Source: Chloroflexota bacterium (GTDB taxonomy: Bacteria; Chloroflexota; UBA11872; VXOZ01). Taken from it: DNA of 64,000 nucleotides. This document shows, piece by piece, positions 51,467 to 61,086 of this stretch. Positions within the stretch are counted from its first letter, which is position 1; every line of letters starts with the position of its first letter. The stretch lies in contig OZ219802.1 in NCBI GenBank assembly GCA_964291655.2, positions 1,728,001-1,792,000 of the forward strand. Reading direction: 5' to 3'. A program made the position numbers and the translations under genes. The notes beneath the pieces are model-generated. The model saw only the letters and a list, made by a program, of their open reading frames with translations, was not told where the DNA came from and searched no databases.

Positions 51467-52894
51467 TTACCCTTTGTACTTCTCCTCCGTATCGTCGAGG
51501 ATGGCCTGAATCTGCGGCTTCAACGCCAGCAGGCCCTCTTCCACGCCAGCGGTACCGCCGTAAACATTATTGAGCCACTCTTTCACCTCGGCAGAGCCGC
51601 TGAAAGCGAAGTTTGGCACCACCCAGCCGGGGTCGTAGCCGCCGGGGTGGTCCAGGACGTTGACAATAACATCCAGCCGGACCTTATCCTTCAGGTCTGG
51701 GAAGGTCTCGTTGGCCCATTGCTCCATGAGGTCGGCGCGCATGGGGATCGTGCCTTTGCCCGCGGCCCAGTTCAGGGTGCTGCCCTGCCAGGCAACGTAC
51801 TGCCACGCTTCCTCGGGGTGGTCCGCATTGGTCACAACGCCGTTGGCGTCCGTCCATTGGAACGAGGCCGTGGTCTCCACCGTCGGCAAGGGCGCGAAGT
51901 CGATGGGCAGGTCTTCGTCACGGATGCGCTGCATCATGTCGCCAAACGTGCCGCTGGAAAGCGTGTTCAGAAACGCCAGCTTGCCCTGGTAGAAGAGATT
52001 GACAATGCTGCCTTCGCCGAACAGGTCCGCGCCCTGGCCCGGCTTCAGCATGGCGCCGTGCTCGTGCACCATCGAGAAGTAATCACTGTAGCACGCCATC
52101 GTCTCCGGGCTGTCGCACACGGCAGTACGGCGGTCGTCGGAAACCCACTGGCCGCCCCAGAGGAAAGGCAGGTTGCCCACCAGCGCGCCGGTGCCCATGT
52201 TGGAGGCGCCCATGGTCGCAATGTTGCCGCCCTCGGTGACGGTGGTCTTCTTCGCCATATCAATGTAGGCGTCCCAGTTCCACTCCGGGTCGCCCCAGGT
52301 GGCGGACGGCTCATTGAGGCCGGCCTTCTCGATGATTTCCCGGTTGTACGGCAGTGCCATCATGTTGCCGCCGGTCTGGTTGGGGAGACTGTTGATTTCG
52401 TTGCGGATGCGGCTGATGGAGTTGAAGATGTGCTGGGGATAGTGGCTCAGGTCGAAGTTGTCGCGCTTGATATAGTCGGCGAGATCGACAAAGTACCCAA
52501 GCAGATAGGTCGCGTTGTCCGCTTCCCAGGCGGCATCCGGCTGCTCACCGGCCGCAAACGCCGTCCGGAACGATTCCTGGTAGGCGTGCATATTGTGGAT
52601 GACTTCCACGGTAATGCCGGGGTGCGTCTCTTCGAACGGCGCAACCAGGGTGTCCGGGTAGTTCTCGAGCTGGCGGGCATTGAGCCAGGTGCCGTAGCGG
52701 ATGTGTACCGGCTCCTTCTCGGCAGCGGCCTCTTCCGCCTTGGGCTTGGCCTCTTCTGCCATCTCCTCGTCAGCGGCTTCGGGCTCCGCTATCGTGGCCT
52801 GCCCACAGGCGGCCAGCATTATGCCGACACCGGTTACGCCAATACCGGCGAGTATTCCACGTCGGGTCAATTGCAATTCATCACGGTCAGACAT
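51467..52894 (-). CDS. ABC transporter sugar-type substrate-binding lipoprotein (Tat signal)
   Basis: TRRGIL, LAAC, FEETHPGITV, W.WD. Confidence 0.88.
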   Translation of the reverse strand: MSDRDELQLTRRGILAGIGVTGVGIMLAACGQATIAEPEAADEEMAEEAKPKAEEAAAEKEPVHIRYGTWLNARQLENYPDTLVAPFEETHPGITVEVIHNMHAYQESFRTAFAAGEQPDAAWEADNATYLLGYFVDLADYIKRDNFDLSHYPQHIFNSISRIRNEINSLPNQTGGNMMALPYNREIIEKAGLNEPSATWGDPEWNWDAYIDMAKKTTVTEGGNIATMGASNMGTGALVGNLPFLWGGQWVSDDRRTAVCDSPETMACYSDYFSMVHEHGAMLKPGQGADLFGEGSIVNLFYQGKLAFLNTLSSGTFGDMMQRIRDEDLPIDFAPLPTVETTASFQWTDANGVVTNADHPEEAWQYVAWQGSTLNWAAGKGTIPMRADLMEQWANETFPDLKDKVRLDVIVNVLDHPGGYDPGWVVPNFAFSGSAEVKEWLNNVYGGTAGVEEGLLALKPQIQAILDDTEEKYKG

Positions 52895-53350
52895 TCTCTT
52901 TGCCTCCTGGCAATGCTGTCGAAACAACTAGACTCCCTTTTGCACTATCACAGTGAAACCCACGACGTCGAACGTTGCCTTCTATGCGATTCGCGCCACT
53001 AGGCACCGCTCCGGTGCACTCTGCCTACACTATACTTCCGAACGTGATTGACTGTCAAGATAGAAAACAGGCGCAGCTAGGACTTTGAGGCCAGGTGGTT
53101 CGTCACGGATTCTACTGCGAAGGTAATGGCGCGGCGAATAATCCGCTAGCCCGGCGACGGGTGAATTCCAATGGGTACCGGGTACTGCGAGAGATGGAAC
53201 TGCCGTGAATGTGGACTCTAAAAAACCGTGCTTGCCGCTGGATGAGATGCCCGTGAGGTAGCTCCAAACGCAAGTTCCCCGCCCAGGCATAGATTGACGG
53301 GGTGTGCCTAAACTACGCCGTGGCAGAGATTGTAAAATCTCTCGTGGGGT

Positions 53351-53677
53351 CTAGACGCCAAGCGGCAGCAGTTGGGCCAGGCCGGAGAGCGCAACGGCCG
53401 CAGCGGCGGCGGAGGCGATCCACCACTTTATGCCGCGAATTTCGCCGCGCAACCCACTGACCTCACCACGCAGCTCACCGATCTCGCCATCCAGCCTGCC
53501 GATGTCAGCCTTGAGGTCGGCCTCCGCGCGCGCAATGTCAGCCTTCAACTCGGCCTTCATCTGCGAAAGATCTGTTTCCACGCGGGCAAGATCGGCCTTT
53601 GTTGCCAGGTGTTCGTAGCCGCCTTCAATGCGGCTTACGCGTTCGCCAAGTGGGTTCATTTGCTCCGCCGTCGCCAC
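53351..53677 (-). CDS. Small membrane-anchored coiled-coil protein (CCDC90/DUF1640-like), paralog 3
   Basis: ERVSRIEGGYEHLATKADL, heptad stalk, IKWWI + TM. Confidence 0.8.
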   Translation of the reverse strand: MATAEQMNPLGERVSRIEGGYEHLATKADLARVETDLSQMKAELKADIARAEADLKADIGRLDGEIGELRGEVSGLRGEIRGIKWWIASAAAAAVALSGLAQLLPLGV

Positions 53678-53749
53678 GTCAGATCTCCTAGATACTGACC
53701 CTTCATATGACTCTATGTGGCACTCGCTTGTGCTCAGTTACTCCGGGTC

Positions 53750-54043
53750 TCAGCCGCCAAGCGGCAGCAGTTGGGCCAGGCCGGAGAGCGCAACGGCTGC
53801 TGCGGCGGCGGAAGCGATCCACCACTTTATGCCGCGAATCTCGCTGCGCAAAGCCTCGACCTTTCCATCCAGCCCGGCGACCTTTCCGTCCAACCCAGCA
53901 ATCTTTCCATCCAGCCCGGCCAATTCGGCCTTCAATTCGGCCCTCATTTGCGCAAGGTCGGCCTTCGTGGCCAAGTGCTCATAGCCGCCTTCAATGCGGC
54001 TTACCCGTTCTCCTAGTGAATGAGTTTGCTCGGTCGTTACCAC
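53750..54043 (-). CDS. Small membrane-anchored coiled-coil protein, paralog 2
   Basis: Same head and anchor; (AGLDGK)n heptads. Confidence 0.8.
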   Translation of the reverse strand: MVTTEQTHSLGERVSRIEGGYEHLATKADLAQMRAELKAELAGLDGKIAGLDGKVAGLDGKVEALRSEIRGIKWWIASAAAAAVALSGLAQLLPLGG

Positions 54044-54114
54044 GTGTGGTCTCCTCGAATCCGGCCATTGATCCCGCTATTCCGCAAGAGCCTACTCTCA
54101 ATTGACTGGCGCAT

Positions 54115-54387
54115 TCAGCCTCCAAGCGGCAGCAATTCAGCCAGGCTGGACAGCCCAACAACCGCAGCACCGACAGAAAGGATCCACCATTTGATGCCGC
54201 GAATCTCACCGCGCAGCCCGCCAATTTCGCCATCCAACCTGCCAATGTCAGGCTTCAGATCGGCTTTCATCTGCGCAACCTCGGTTTCAACGCGCGCAAG
54301 GTCGGCCTTCGTGGCCAAGTGCTCATAGCCGCCTTCAATGCGGCTGACCCGTTCTCCGAGTGAAGCTGTTTGCTCCGCCGTCGCCAA
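54115..54387 (-). CDS. Small membrane-anchored coiled-coil protein, paralog 1
   Basis: Same head and anchor; TTG start with GAGGAG RBS. Confidence 0.8.
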   Translation of the reverse strand: MATAEQTASLGERVSRIEGGYEHLATKADLARVETEVAQMKADLKPDIGRLDGEIGGLRGEIRGIKWWILSVGAAVVGLSSLAELLPLGG

Positions 54388-54552
54388 AGGATGCGCTCCT
54401 CAAATGACTGATCTCGCCTCTCTTTATACTACATTTGTGTCATATACTCAAGTGTACAACACTTCTTAATTGCGAAGGAGTAATCAAGAGTAGAACTTTC
54501 AAAGTCCGAGGGCCGCCGGTCCATTGCGGCGCGACAAAGTTAGCGCTAGGTG

Positions 54553-55491
54553 CTAGCTCACCTGGTAGCCGCGCTTGGCATCGGGCAAGCCCACCGGCTT
54601 GCCGAGGGCTTCCGCCATGGCGCGCACGTGGTAAGGCAGCGCGCCGCAGCACGCGCCGATGAACTCGATGCCGATGCCTTCCGCTTCCTTGGCGTACTCG
54701 GCCATGACGAACCGGCTCAGCACGCGGGGCTCGACGCTGGGGTACAGGCCGGCGCGGCTAATCGCCTGGTTGAAAACCTCACCGGGTTCCAGTTGATAGG
54801 CGGTAGGTTGCACGCAGACGGGCACTGACACAGCGTCGCGAATGCGCCGTGCCATGTCGTTCATCGTCTGCCAAGGGCGCATGCAATTGAGGCCAACCAC
54901 GTCTGCGCCATTGTCCACGAGGCGCTTGGCCGCCTCCACCGGATTGTAGCCGTCGCGGGTAAATTCGCTGTCGCGGAAGGTCAGCGTGACCACGGCGGGC
55001 ACGCCCGCTTCCTTGACGAAGGGAATCGCGATGCTCGCCTCCTCCACGGAATAGAACGTCTCAACGATGAAGACGTCCACTTCGGAATCCATCTGCTCTG
55101 AGACCCGCCGCGCGAAGAAATCTTGCGCCCGCTTGTGATCGTCGGCATTCAGCGGCTCCCATTTGGAAGAGCCGGAGTATATGAACTGGCTGATGGTGCC
55201 GGCCACGTAGCGGTCGGGCCCGGCGGCCTCCCGCGCCAGTTCCACAGCCACCTTGTGAAGTTCCTTCTCCCGGCCAAAGGGCCGTACACCCCACGACATG
55301 GCCTGCAGGAGCTCCGCCCCCGCCCGGGCGAATTCGCGGTGCATCTCTAATACGGCTTCCGGATAGTCCAACACCGCCATCGGGATGTGCGAAGCATAGC
55401 TGCCAATCACCCTGCGCTCGAGTTCAAGGTAGTATGCGCCGTCGCCCAGCAGCGGCCCCTGCGCGAGTCGCTCGAGAAAATCCGCTTTCAC
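54553..55491 (-). CDS. Homocysteine S-methyltransferase family protein
   Basis: LGDGA, H.EF..AGA, IVETF, GLNC, IGACCG; GTG start after AAGGAG. Confidence 0.9.
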   Translation of the reverse strand: MKADFLERLAQGPLLGDGAYYLELERRVIGSYASHIPMAVLDYPEAVLEMHREFARAGAELLQAMSWGVRPFGREKELHKVAVELAREAAGPDRYVAGTISQFIYSGSSKWEPLNADDHKRAQDFFARRVSEQMDSEVDVFIVETFYSVEEASIAIPFVKEAGVPAVVTLTFRDSEFTRDGYNPVEAAKRLVDNGADVVGLNCMRPWQTMNDMARRIRDAVSVPVCVQPTAYQLEPGEVFNQAISRAGLYPSVEPRVLSRFVMAEYAKEAEGIGIEFIGACCGALPYHVRAMAEALGKPVGLPDAKRGYQVS

Positions 55492-55718
55492 CGGCCTGCT
55501 CCTTGTCGTTACTCCTCTTCGCCTTACCATCATACTGCAATGACAGGCGCCTACCCACCTCTTGGCGCCTCTCAGAGGCGACAAGCTTTGCGACGGTCGA
55601 GGGAGGGTAGGTGACTTGACAAGAGGCGCGCGACGACATTACGCACTGCTCGCCTTGCGGTCTCTGCCTGCCCTCCTATTGAGGAGAGTGGGCAGACATG
55701 CTAAAATTACGTCGTAAG

Positions 55719-55795
55719 CGGGGCGTGGCTCAGCCTGGTAGAGCGCAGCGTTCGGGACGCTGAGGCCGGCGGTTCAAATCCGCCCGCCCCGACCA
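55719..55795 (+). tRNA. tRNA-Pro(CGG)
   Basis: Acceptor CGGGGCG/CGCCCCG, anticodon arm cagcgttCGGgacgctg, GGTTCAAAT, CCA. Confidence 0.96.
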
Positions 55796-55948
55796 AGCAG
55801 TGAGACAAAGATGTCGCTTTACCTTTGCCGTCTGCCATTGCTTACCCCAATCGACTGCAAAACAGTCATTTAGCATGTGTACGTAGATGCGCGCGCTAGG
55901 GCAGAGGCCGCGCGGCCGTTGCCGCGAATCAGCAACGGGAGGATTTGG

Positions 55949-56260
55949 ATGCAACAACAACCACAAAATCCGGCAGTAGACAAACTCATTATCGCCGTCG
56001 TGCGCAACGATGATGCCAACACGATCGTGGACGAACTTGTGAAGCGGAGCATAGGCAACACGCGCATTAATACGGCCGGAGGCGTCCTGCGGCGCGGCAA
56101 CGTAACCCTGCTCGTCGGTGTGCCGGCCAGTCAAGTCGATGAAACTCTTGAGGTAATTCGCGAGAACGTGAGCGGCCAACCTCTCACGGGCAAGGGCCAG
56201 ACCGGCGAGAATCGCGGCGTCGCCTTTGTCGTTGACGCCGGCCGCTACGTGCGGGTGTGA
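55949..56260 (+). CDS. PII-like cyclic-di-AMP receptor (DarA/PstA family)
   Basis: KLIIAVV..DD, T.GG.LR.GN.TLLVGV, G..FV. Confidence 0.82.
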   Translation: MQQQPQNPAVDKLIIAVVRNDDANTIVDELVKRSIGNTRINTAGGVLRRGNVTLLVGVPASQVDETLEVIRENVSGQPLTGKGQTGENRGVAFVVDAGRYVRV

Positions 56261-56280
56261 GCGGCATTCAGCTTAACGGG

Positions 56281-56328
56281 GTATCCGTTCATCCTTCGAC
56301 AAGCTCAGGACGAACGGATACTTTTTTT
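56281..56328 (+). terminator. REP hairpin with T-tract, likely intrinsic terminator
   Basis: gtatccgttc...gaacggatac followed by ttttttt, 20 bp after the stop codon. Confidence 0.7.
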
Positions 56329-56345
56329 GATTTGGGCGGATGCCT

Positions 56346-56712
56346 TGGTCGCTAGAGCGGACGCCATGGTGTCAGAGCCGGACGTTTGTTCGTCGGAACG
56401 GATGTCTGGTCGCTCGTGCGGGCGCCTGGTTGCTAGCGCGAGACCCTTGATCGCTTGAACGAATGCCTGGTCGCTAGCGCGGGGCACTTGTTCGCTTTAG
56501 CGGGTGACTGGTTGCTAGACCGGTTGCTCGGTGTCAGAGCTCGAAGTTTGTTTGTCGGAACGGACATCTAGTTGCTAGCGCGAGACGTTTGTTCGCTAGA
56601 GCGGGTGACTGGTTGCTAGCGCGAGACCCTTGATCGCTTGAACGAATGCCTGGTCGCTGGAACGGGACACCTGTTCGCTAGCGCGGATGCCTGGACGCTA
56701 GAACGGACCCCT
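56346..56712. repeat. Degenerate minisatellite, about 18 units of 20-21 bp, consensus TGGTCGCTAGCGCGGRYGCC
   Basis: Units read directly; higher-order duplication of tggttgctagcgcgagacccttgatcgcttgaacgaatgcctggtcgct. Confidence 0.85.
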
Positions 56713-56998
56713 TGGTCGAATACTGGTTCCTGATGGTCTGAATCTTCACGGCCTGATTCTTTGTGAGGCAGATCCCTTTCGGCTTCTCTTTTCCATTCAT
56801 GGTGAGCGCTTCGACAAGCTCAGCACAGGCCTGTCGAATCCGTTCGTGGTGAGCCCGTCGAACCCCTTCGTGGTGAGCCTGTCGAACCATGAACGGAGTT
56901 TGGGAGAGAATATTCTGGACACCTGTTACGTCGCACGCCCAGTAGACCCGACTCTTCTGCGGAGCTAATCCCGCATCCTGCGCAGGTGAATCGAATAG

Positions 56999-57790
56999 TC
57001 ACACGCCTTTCGACGTAAGAAAGTCCAAACTCGACCGCAGGCAGTCGAAGGGATCGCGCCGGCATGTATCCTGCTCCACGGCGTACCACTCCACGCCTGC
57101 CTTGTCTCCCGCCGCGATGATGCCGTCCCAGTCCAGATTGCCTTCACCCACCGGGCACATCACCGGTCCTTCGACAGCGTCTACTTCCTTATCCTTGGCA
57201 TGGATCACCGGTACCCGGCCGGACGCCTGAGCGAGCAGCTTTGCCGGATTCGCTCCGGCGTGGGCGACCCAGTAGACGTCGAACTCCAGCGTGAAGTCGG
57301 GCCCGCCTTCTTCGATGAAGATGTCGATGAGGGTCTTCGGGCCGGGCGCGAAGCGTTCGAACTCATGGGCGTGGTTGTGGTAGCCGAAGGTCAGGCCGGC
57401 GGCCTTGAGCCTTTGGATAACCGGCCGCGCCGCCTCCAGGAAGTCGCGGTAGCCCTGCTCGCCCTGACTGCGGTACGGCTGAGGGATGCCGCCAATTGCC
57501 ACGTAATTGCATTCCAGCACACCATGAAAGTCAATCTCGGACTGTGTATTGTTGGCCAAGTCGTCCCAGCTACGGTGCGTGGCAATACAGCGGATGCCGA
57601 CGTCGTCCAGCATCTGCTTTGCTTCTTGCACGGTAATCTCAGGATTGTCGTTCTCCAGCGCGCCAACGGCGGAAAACTGCGCCGCCTCGTAGCCCATTTG
57701 GCTAATCTTTCGAAGTGATTCGGCCAATTCGCTGCGCGTCTTGGTGTGGTCCCGCACGGTGTAAATCTGCGCTGCCACTTTGCTCGGCAT
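56999..57790 (-). CDS. Sugar phosphate isomerase/epimerase (IolE/xylose isomerase-like TIM barrel)
   Basis: QIYTVR, YHNHAHEF, EFDVYW, IHAKD, VEQD. Confidence 0.9.
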   Translation of the reverse strand: MPSKVAAQIYTVRDHTKTRSELAESLRKISQMGYEAAQFSAVGALENDNPEITVQEAKQMLDDVGIRCIATHRSWDDLANNTQSEIDFHGVLECNYVAIGGIPQPYRSQGEQGYRDFLEAARPVIQRLKAAGLTFGYHNHAHEFERFAPGPKTLIDIFIEEGGPDFTLEFDVYWVAHAGANPAKLLAQASGRVPVIHAKDKEVDAVEGPVMCPVGEGNLDWDGIIAAGDKAGVEWYAVEQDTCRRDPFDCLRSSLDFLTSKGV

Positions 57791-58217
57791 CGGTATCTCC
57801 TTGTGCTAGGTGTGCATTCGTGGAAGAGTCGCTTTCACGTGATTATATACCGTTTGTCGGTGGGTCAGATGATCGACGCGGGAGAGCGCGATAAACCACA
57901 ATCTCTCAATTAGACGCGCAGCGGGCTTAGTCGACCAGCGGGAGACGAATGTCTCGCTCACGCCCATGCAAATCGGCCGTAGCGCGGGGGCTTGTTCGCC
58001 GCTCCGAACGAGGACCCTTGCAATTGATGAAAGGAAAGATGGGTTCCCGCTTTCGCGGGAACGACGGATTAAGGAGTAGCAGGGGCACGACATGTCGTGC
58101 CCCTACGCTTCGTTGGTGGATGGCCCATAGACCGGGAAATCTTCAGCGGCGCACAACGCATCGTCACGCGCCGCTGACAAGCGCAACTGGGTTGAAATTG
58201 ACTCTGGCGAGAAAGAC

Positions 58218-58502
58218 TCAGCCCGTGCCGCCGGAGACGGCGGGGACGATGGAGACCTCATCGCCGTCGCTGAGGGCCGTTGCCAGACCGTCCATAAAGC
58301 GAATGTCCTCACCGCGCACGTAGATGTTGATGAAGCGGCGCAGTTCGCCGTCCTCGTCGCACATGCGTGCCTTGAAACCGTCGTGGGCCTCGTCCAGCCT
58401 GGTGATGAGATCTTCGATGTTGCTTGCGCCCTCCACGGTGACCTCGGCCTTGCCGCCGGCCAGGGGACGGAGCGGGGTGGGAATCTTTACGGCATTTGCC
58501 AT
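58218..58502 (-). CDS. MoaD/CysO-family sulfur carrier (ends GG-TG)
   Basis: IPTPLR, RRFINIYV.GEDIRF.DGL.T...GDEVSIVPAVSGG. Confidence 0.92.
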   Translation of the reverse strand: MANAVKIPTPLRPLAGGKAEVTVEGASNIEDLITRLDEAHDGFKARMCDEDGELRRFINIYVRGEDIRFMDGLATALSDGDEVSIVPAVSGGTG

Positions 58503-58706
58503 TATTTTGTCACTTCCTTCCCATCAGGGTGTTTGCCATGTCTCAGTAATGCAGTAGACGGGTTTTCTTGGATCTTGCAAGAACCGTTCGTGGTGTGCGC
58601 TTCGACAAGCTCAGCACAGGCCAGTCGAACCATGAACGGCCCTTCGACAAGCTCAGGGCGAACGGGAAACGTTGCCTTGCGTCCTTTGCAGCCACTCTCT
58701 AAGAAC

Positions 58707-59969
58707 TTACACGGTAACGGGTGTGCGTTCCAGACCGCGCACCGCTGCTTCGAATGATTCTACGTGGGGCGCAACCCGTATCGTCAAGTCGAGGGAATCC
58801 GAGACCGCCTCTTGGGCCTTGAGACCGTTGCCGGTGACGTACGCCACCGTGACCTCGTCGGGCGCGATCTGCCCGCTTTCGGCCAGCTTCTTAAGGGTGG
58901 CGATGGTCACGCCGCCCGCGGGCTCAGTAAAGACGCCTTCCGTCGAGGCGAGCAGTTGGATCGCCTCCACCACCTCTTCGTCGGTGACGGATTCAATGAC
59001 GCCGCCGGTATCCTGCGCAATCTTCACGGCGTGGTAGCCGTCGGCGGGATTGCCGATGGCCAGCGAATGGGCAATCGTGGTCGGCAGCTTCACAGGTCGT
59101 ATGGCGGTGGTATTGGCGGCATAGGCTTCCGCCACCGGACTGCATCCCTCGCCCTGCGCGCCGGAAATGCGCGTATGCGGCGTGCCTTCCAGCAAGCCCA
59201 CCTTGTACAGTTCGTTCAACCCCTTATGGACTTTGGTATAGAGCGAGCCCGAAGCGATGGGCGCCACAATATGGTCCGGCACGCGCCAGCCCAGTTGCTC
59301 CACCACCTCAAATGCCAGCGTTTTTGAGCCTTCCGAGTAGAAGGGGCGGATGTTGATGTTGACAAACGCCCAGGAGTAGCGGTCGGCAAGCTCGCTGCAA
59401 AGGCGGTTCAATTCATCGTAGGTGCCTTCCACCGAGACCAAGGTCGCGCCATACACTGCCGCGTTCACCACCTTGCCGTGCTCCACGGTGTGGGGCAAGA
59501 AGACATACGTGCGCAGGCCGTTGCGTACACCGGCGGCAGCAGTCGCGCTCGCCAGGTTGCCGGTGGATGCGCAGGCGAACGTATCAAACCCAAACTCCTT
59601 GGCCTTGGCTACCGCCACCGAGACCACACGGTCTTTGAACGAAAAGGTCGGGTTCACGCTATCGTTCTTGACGTAGAGTTCCTTCAGGCCCAGGGCCTTG
59701 CCCAGGTTGGGCGCAAGCTGCAAGGGGGTAAACCCCACCCGCCAGTTCAGGTCTTCGCCGCGCTCCACGGGCAGCAGGTCCTTATAGCGCCACAGCGAAA
59801 TTGGCCCCTGCGCGATCTTCTCGCGGCTTGTGATCTCGCGAATGGCATCGTAGTCGTACTCGACTTCCAGCGGGCCGAAACAGAAGGAACAAACATGCGT
59901 CGGCTGTACGGGATAGCGCTCCCCGCACTCCCGACACTTCAGTCCGCGTATGCGTTCAATTTCACTCAT
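58707..59969 (-). CDS. Threonine synthase-like PLP enzyme with N-terminal Zn ribbon
   Basis: CREC..CSFC, NPTFSFKDR, ASTGN, EGSKT, TGNGLK. Confidence 0.92.
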   Translation of the reverse strand: MSEIERIRGLKCRECGERYPVQPTHVCSFCFGPLEVEYDYDAIREITSREKIAQGPISLWRYKDLLPVERGEDLNWRVGFTPLQLAPNLGKALGLKELYVKNDSVNPTFSFKDRVVSVAVAKAKEFGFDTFACASTGNLASATAAAGVRNGLRTYVFLPHTVEHGKVVNAAVYGATLVSVEGTYDELNRLCSELADRYSWAFVNINIRPFYSEGSKTLAFEVVEQLGWRVPDHIVAPIASGSLYTKVHKGLNELYKVGLLEGTPHTRISGAQGEGCSPVAEAYAANTTAIRPVKLPTTIAHSLAIGNPADGYHAVKIAQDTGGVIESVTDEEVVEAIQLLASTEGVFTEPAGGVTIATLKKLAESGQIAPDEVTVAYVTGNGLKAQEAVSDSLDLTIRVAPHVESFEAAVRGLERTPVTV

Positions 59970-60151
59970 GATCCGGAGTCTTTCTCTAAATTCGACTTTG
60001 TCTGCAAAGTTGCTTCGACTTGTTCAGATCGGTTGCTTTGATTGGCTCTGTGTAGTTTCCGCGACGTGTACAACTCGGTTGCGTTGACCCACTCACGTAC
60101 TCCGCTCAACTCGGTAAGGCCACGGTTACCGGCGCCATCGGGCACGCTTTC

Positions 60152-60300
60152 CCGGTCTACCGCTTCAGCTTCTCTCTGCTAGTCAACCGCTTAGGTTTCT
60201 CTCTCCCGGTCAAGCGCCCCTTCAGTCTCCCGGTCAACCGCTCTAGTCTCTCCCTCAGCCAGTCAAGCGCCTCTTCAGTCTCTCGGTCAACCGCTCCAAT
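60152..60300. repeat. Degenerate pyrimidine-rich repeats with GTCAA(C/G)CGC core (about 6 copies) next to a REP
   Basis: ggtctaccgc, agtcaaccgc, ggtcaagcgc, ggtcaaccgc, agtcaagcgc, ggtcaaccgc. Confidence 0.6.
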
Positions 60301-60650
60301 TTCTCCCTCTCCCTCTGGGAGAGGGCCGGGGTGAGGGTCTTAGTGTGCAGCGGCTCTAAGGTCAGCCACACACCATTGCAGGCCGCAGAAACTCACGATG
60401 ATGTTTACAAGACTATTGCCCGCAGCGGGGCATGCGCGGCAATCCGCCGACGTCCGTAGTCATCGCGCGACGGGCGCCGCTATGCGGCATCCTTCCGCTT
60501 CCGGCAGCAGGTGTGCCGGGCCGGTGCACGCTAGCCGGTGCCTTGGGAGCGACCGGCAGACCAATGTCTTGTGTCAGAAAACTTCTCATTAAATAAGAAC
60601 AACCCCTTTCTCTTTCCTTATAGAGAGGGGTCGTATGTCGCAATATTTCC

Positions 60651-60768
60651 CCTTATCTTGCCCCAATGCGCATGGGGCCGGAATTGGCACCCTGTCGTGG
60701 ACACAAATCATCGTCCACCGGGATGCCGGGCTTCATAGGGCCGTTTCCCTCCACCTCTCTTGATAAGG
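60651..60768 (-). promoter_or_regulatory. SAM-I (S-box) riboswitch
   Basis: Minus strand CTTATCAAGAGAGGTGGAGGGA..GGCCCtATGAAGCCCGGCA...GGTGCCAATTCC...GATAAG. Confidence 0.93.
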
Positions 60769-61086
60769 CAACGGTTATTCACTTGTTAAATTGGGCAGGC
60801 CTCCGGCACTTGCGCCTGATGCCTGCACCTCATTCCTGGGTATGCTAACACAGCACCGCAAGCTCGTCAAACGGCGGCCTGACCACTTCCTGTCAGAGCG
60901 CCATTGCCTGGGCAACACGTTACAATTGAAGTGATGCGTGTCCGCACGGTACTTCGCACACGTAGAATGAAGGCTGCGCGCCTGAATCATGCGCCAGTCT
61001 CTCTTCCCGCGAGCATACCTTGCTGGGGGCGCTTCCCCGTATTGGCATAGTAGCACGGCATTTTTCACAGGAGTAATCAGCCTACG

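Noticed and set aside
51269-53002. 577-aa plus-strand ORF
   Set aside because: Antisense shadow of the substrate-binding protein gene; typical of high-GC codon bias. The same applies to 21645-22706, 31950-32810 and 40402-41322
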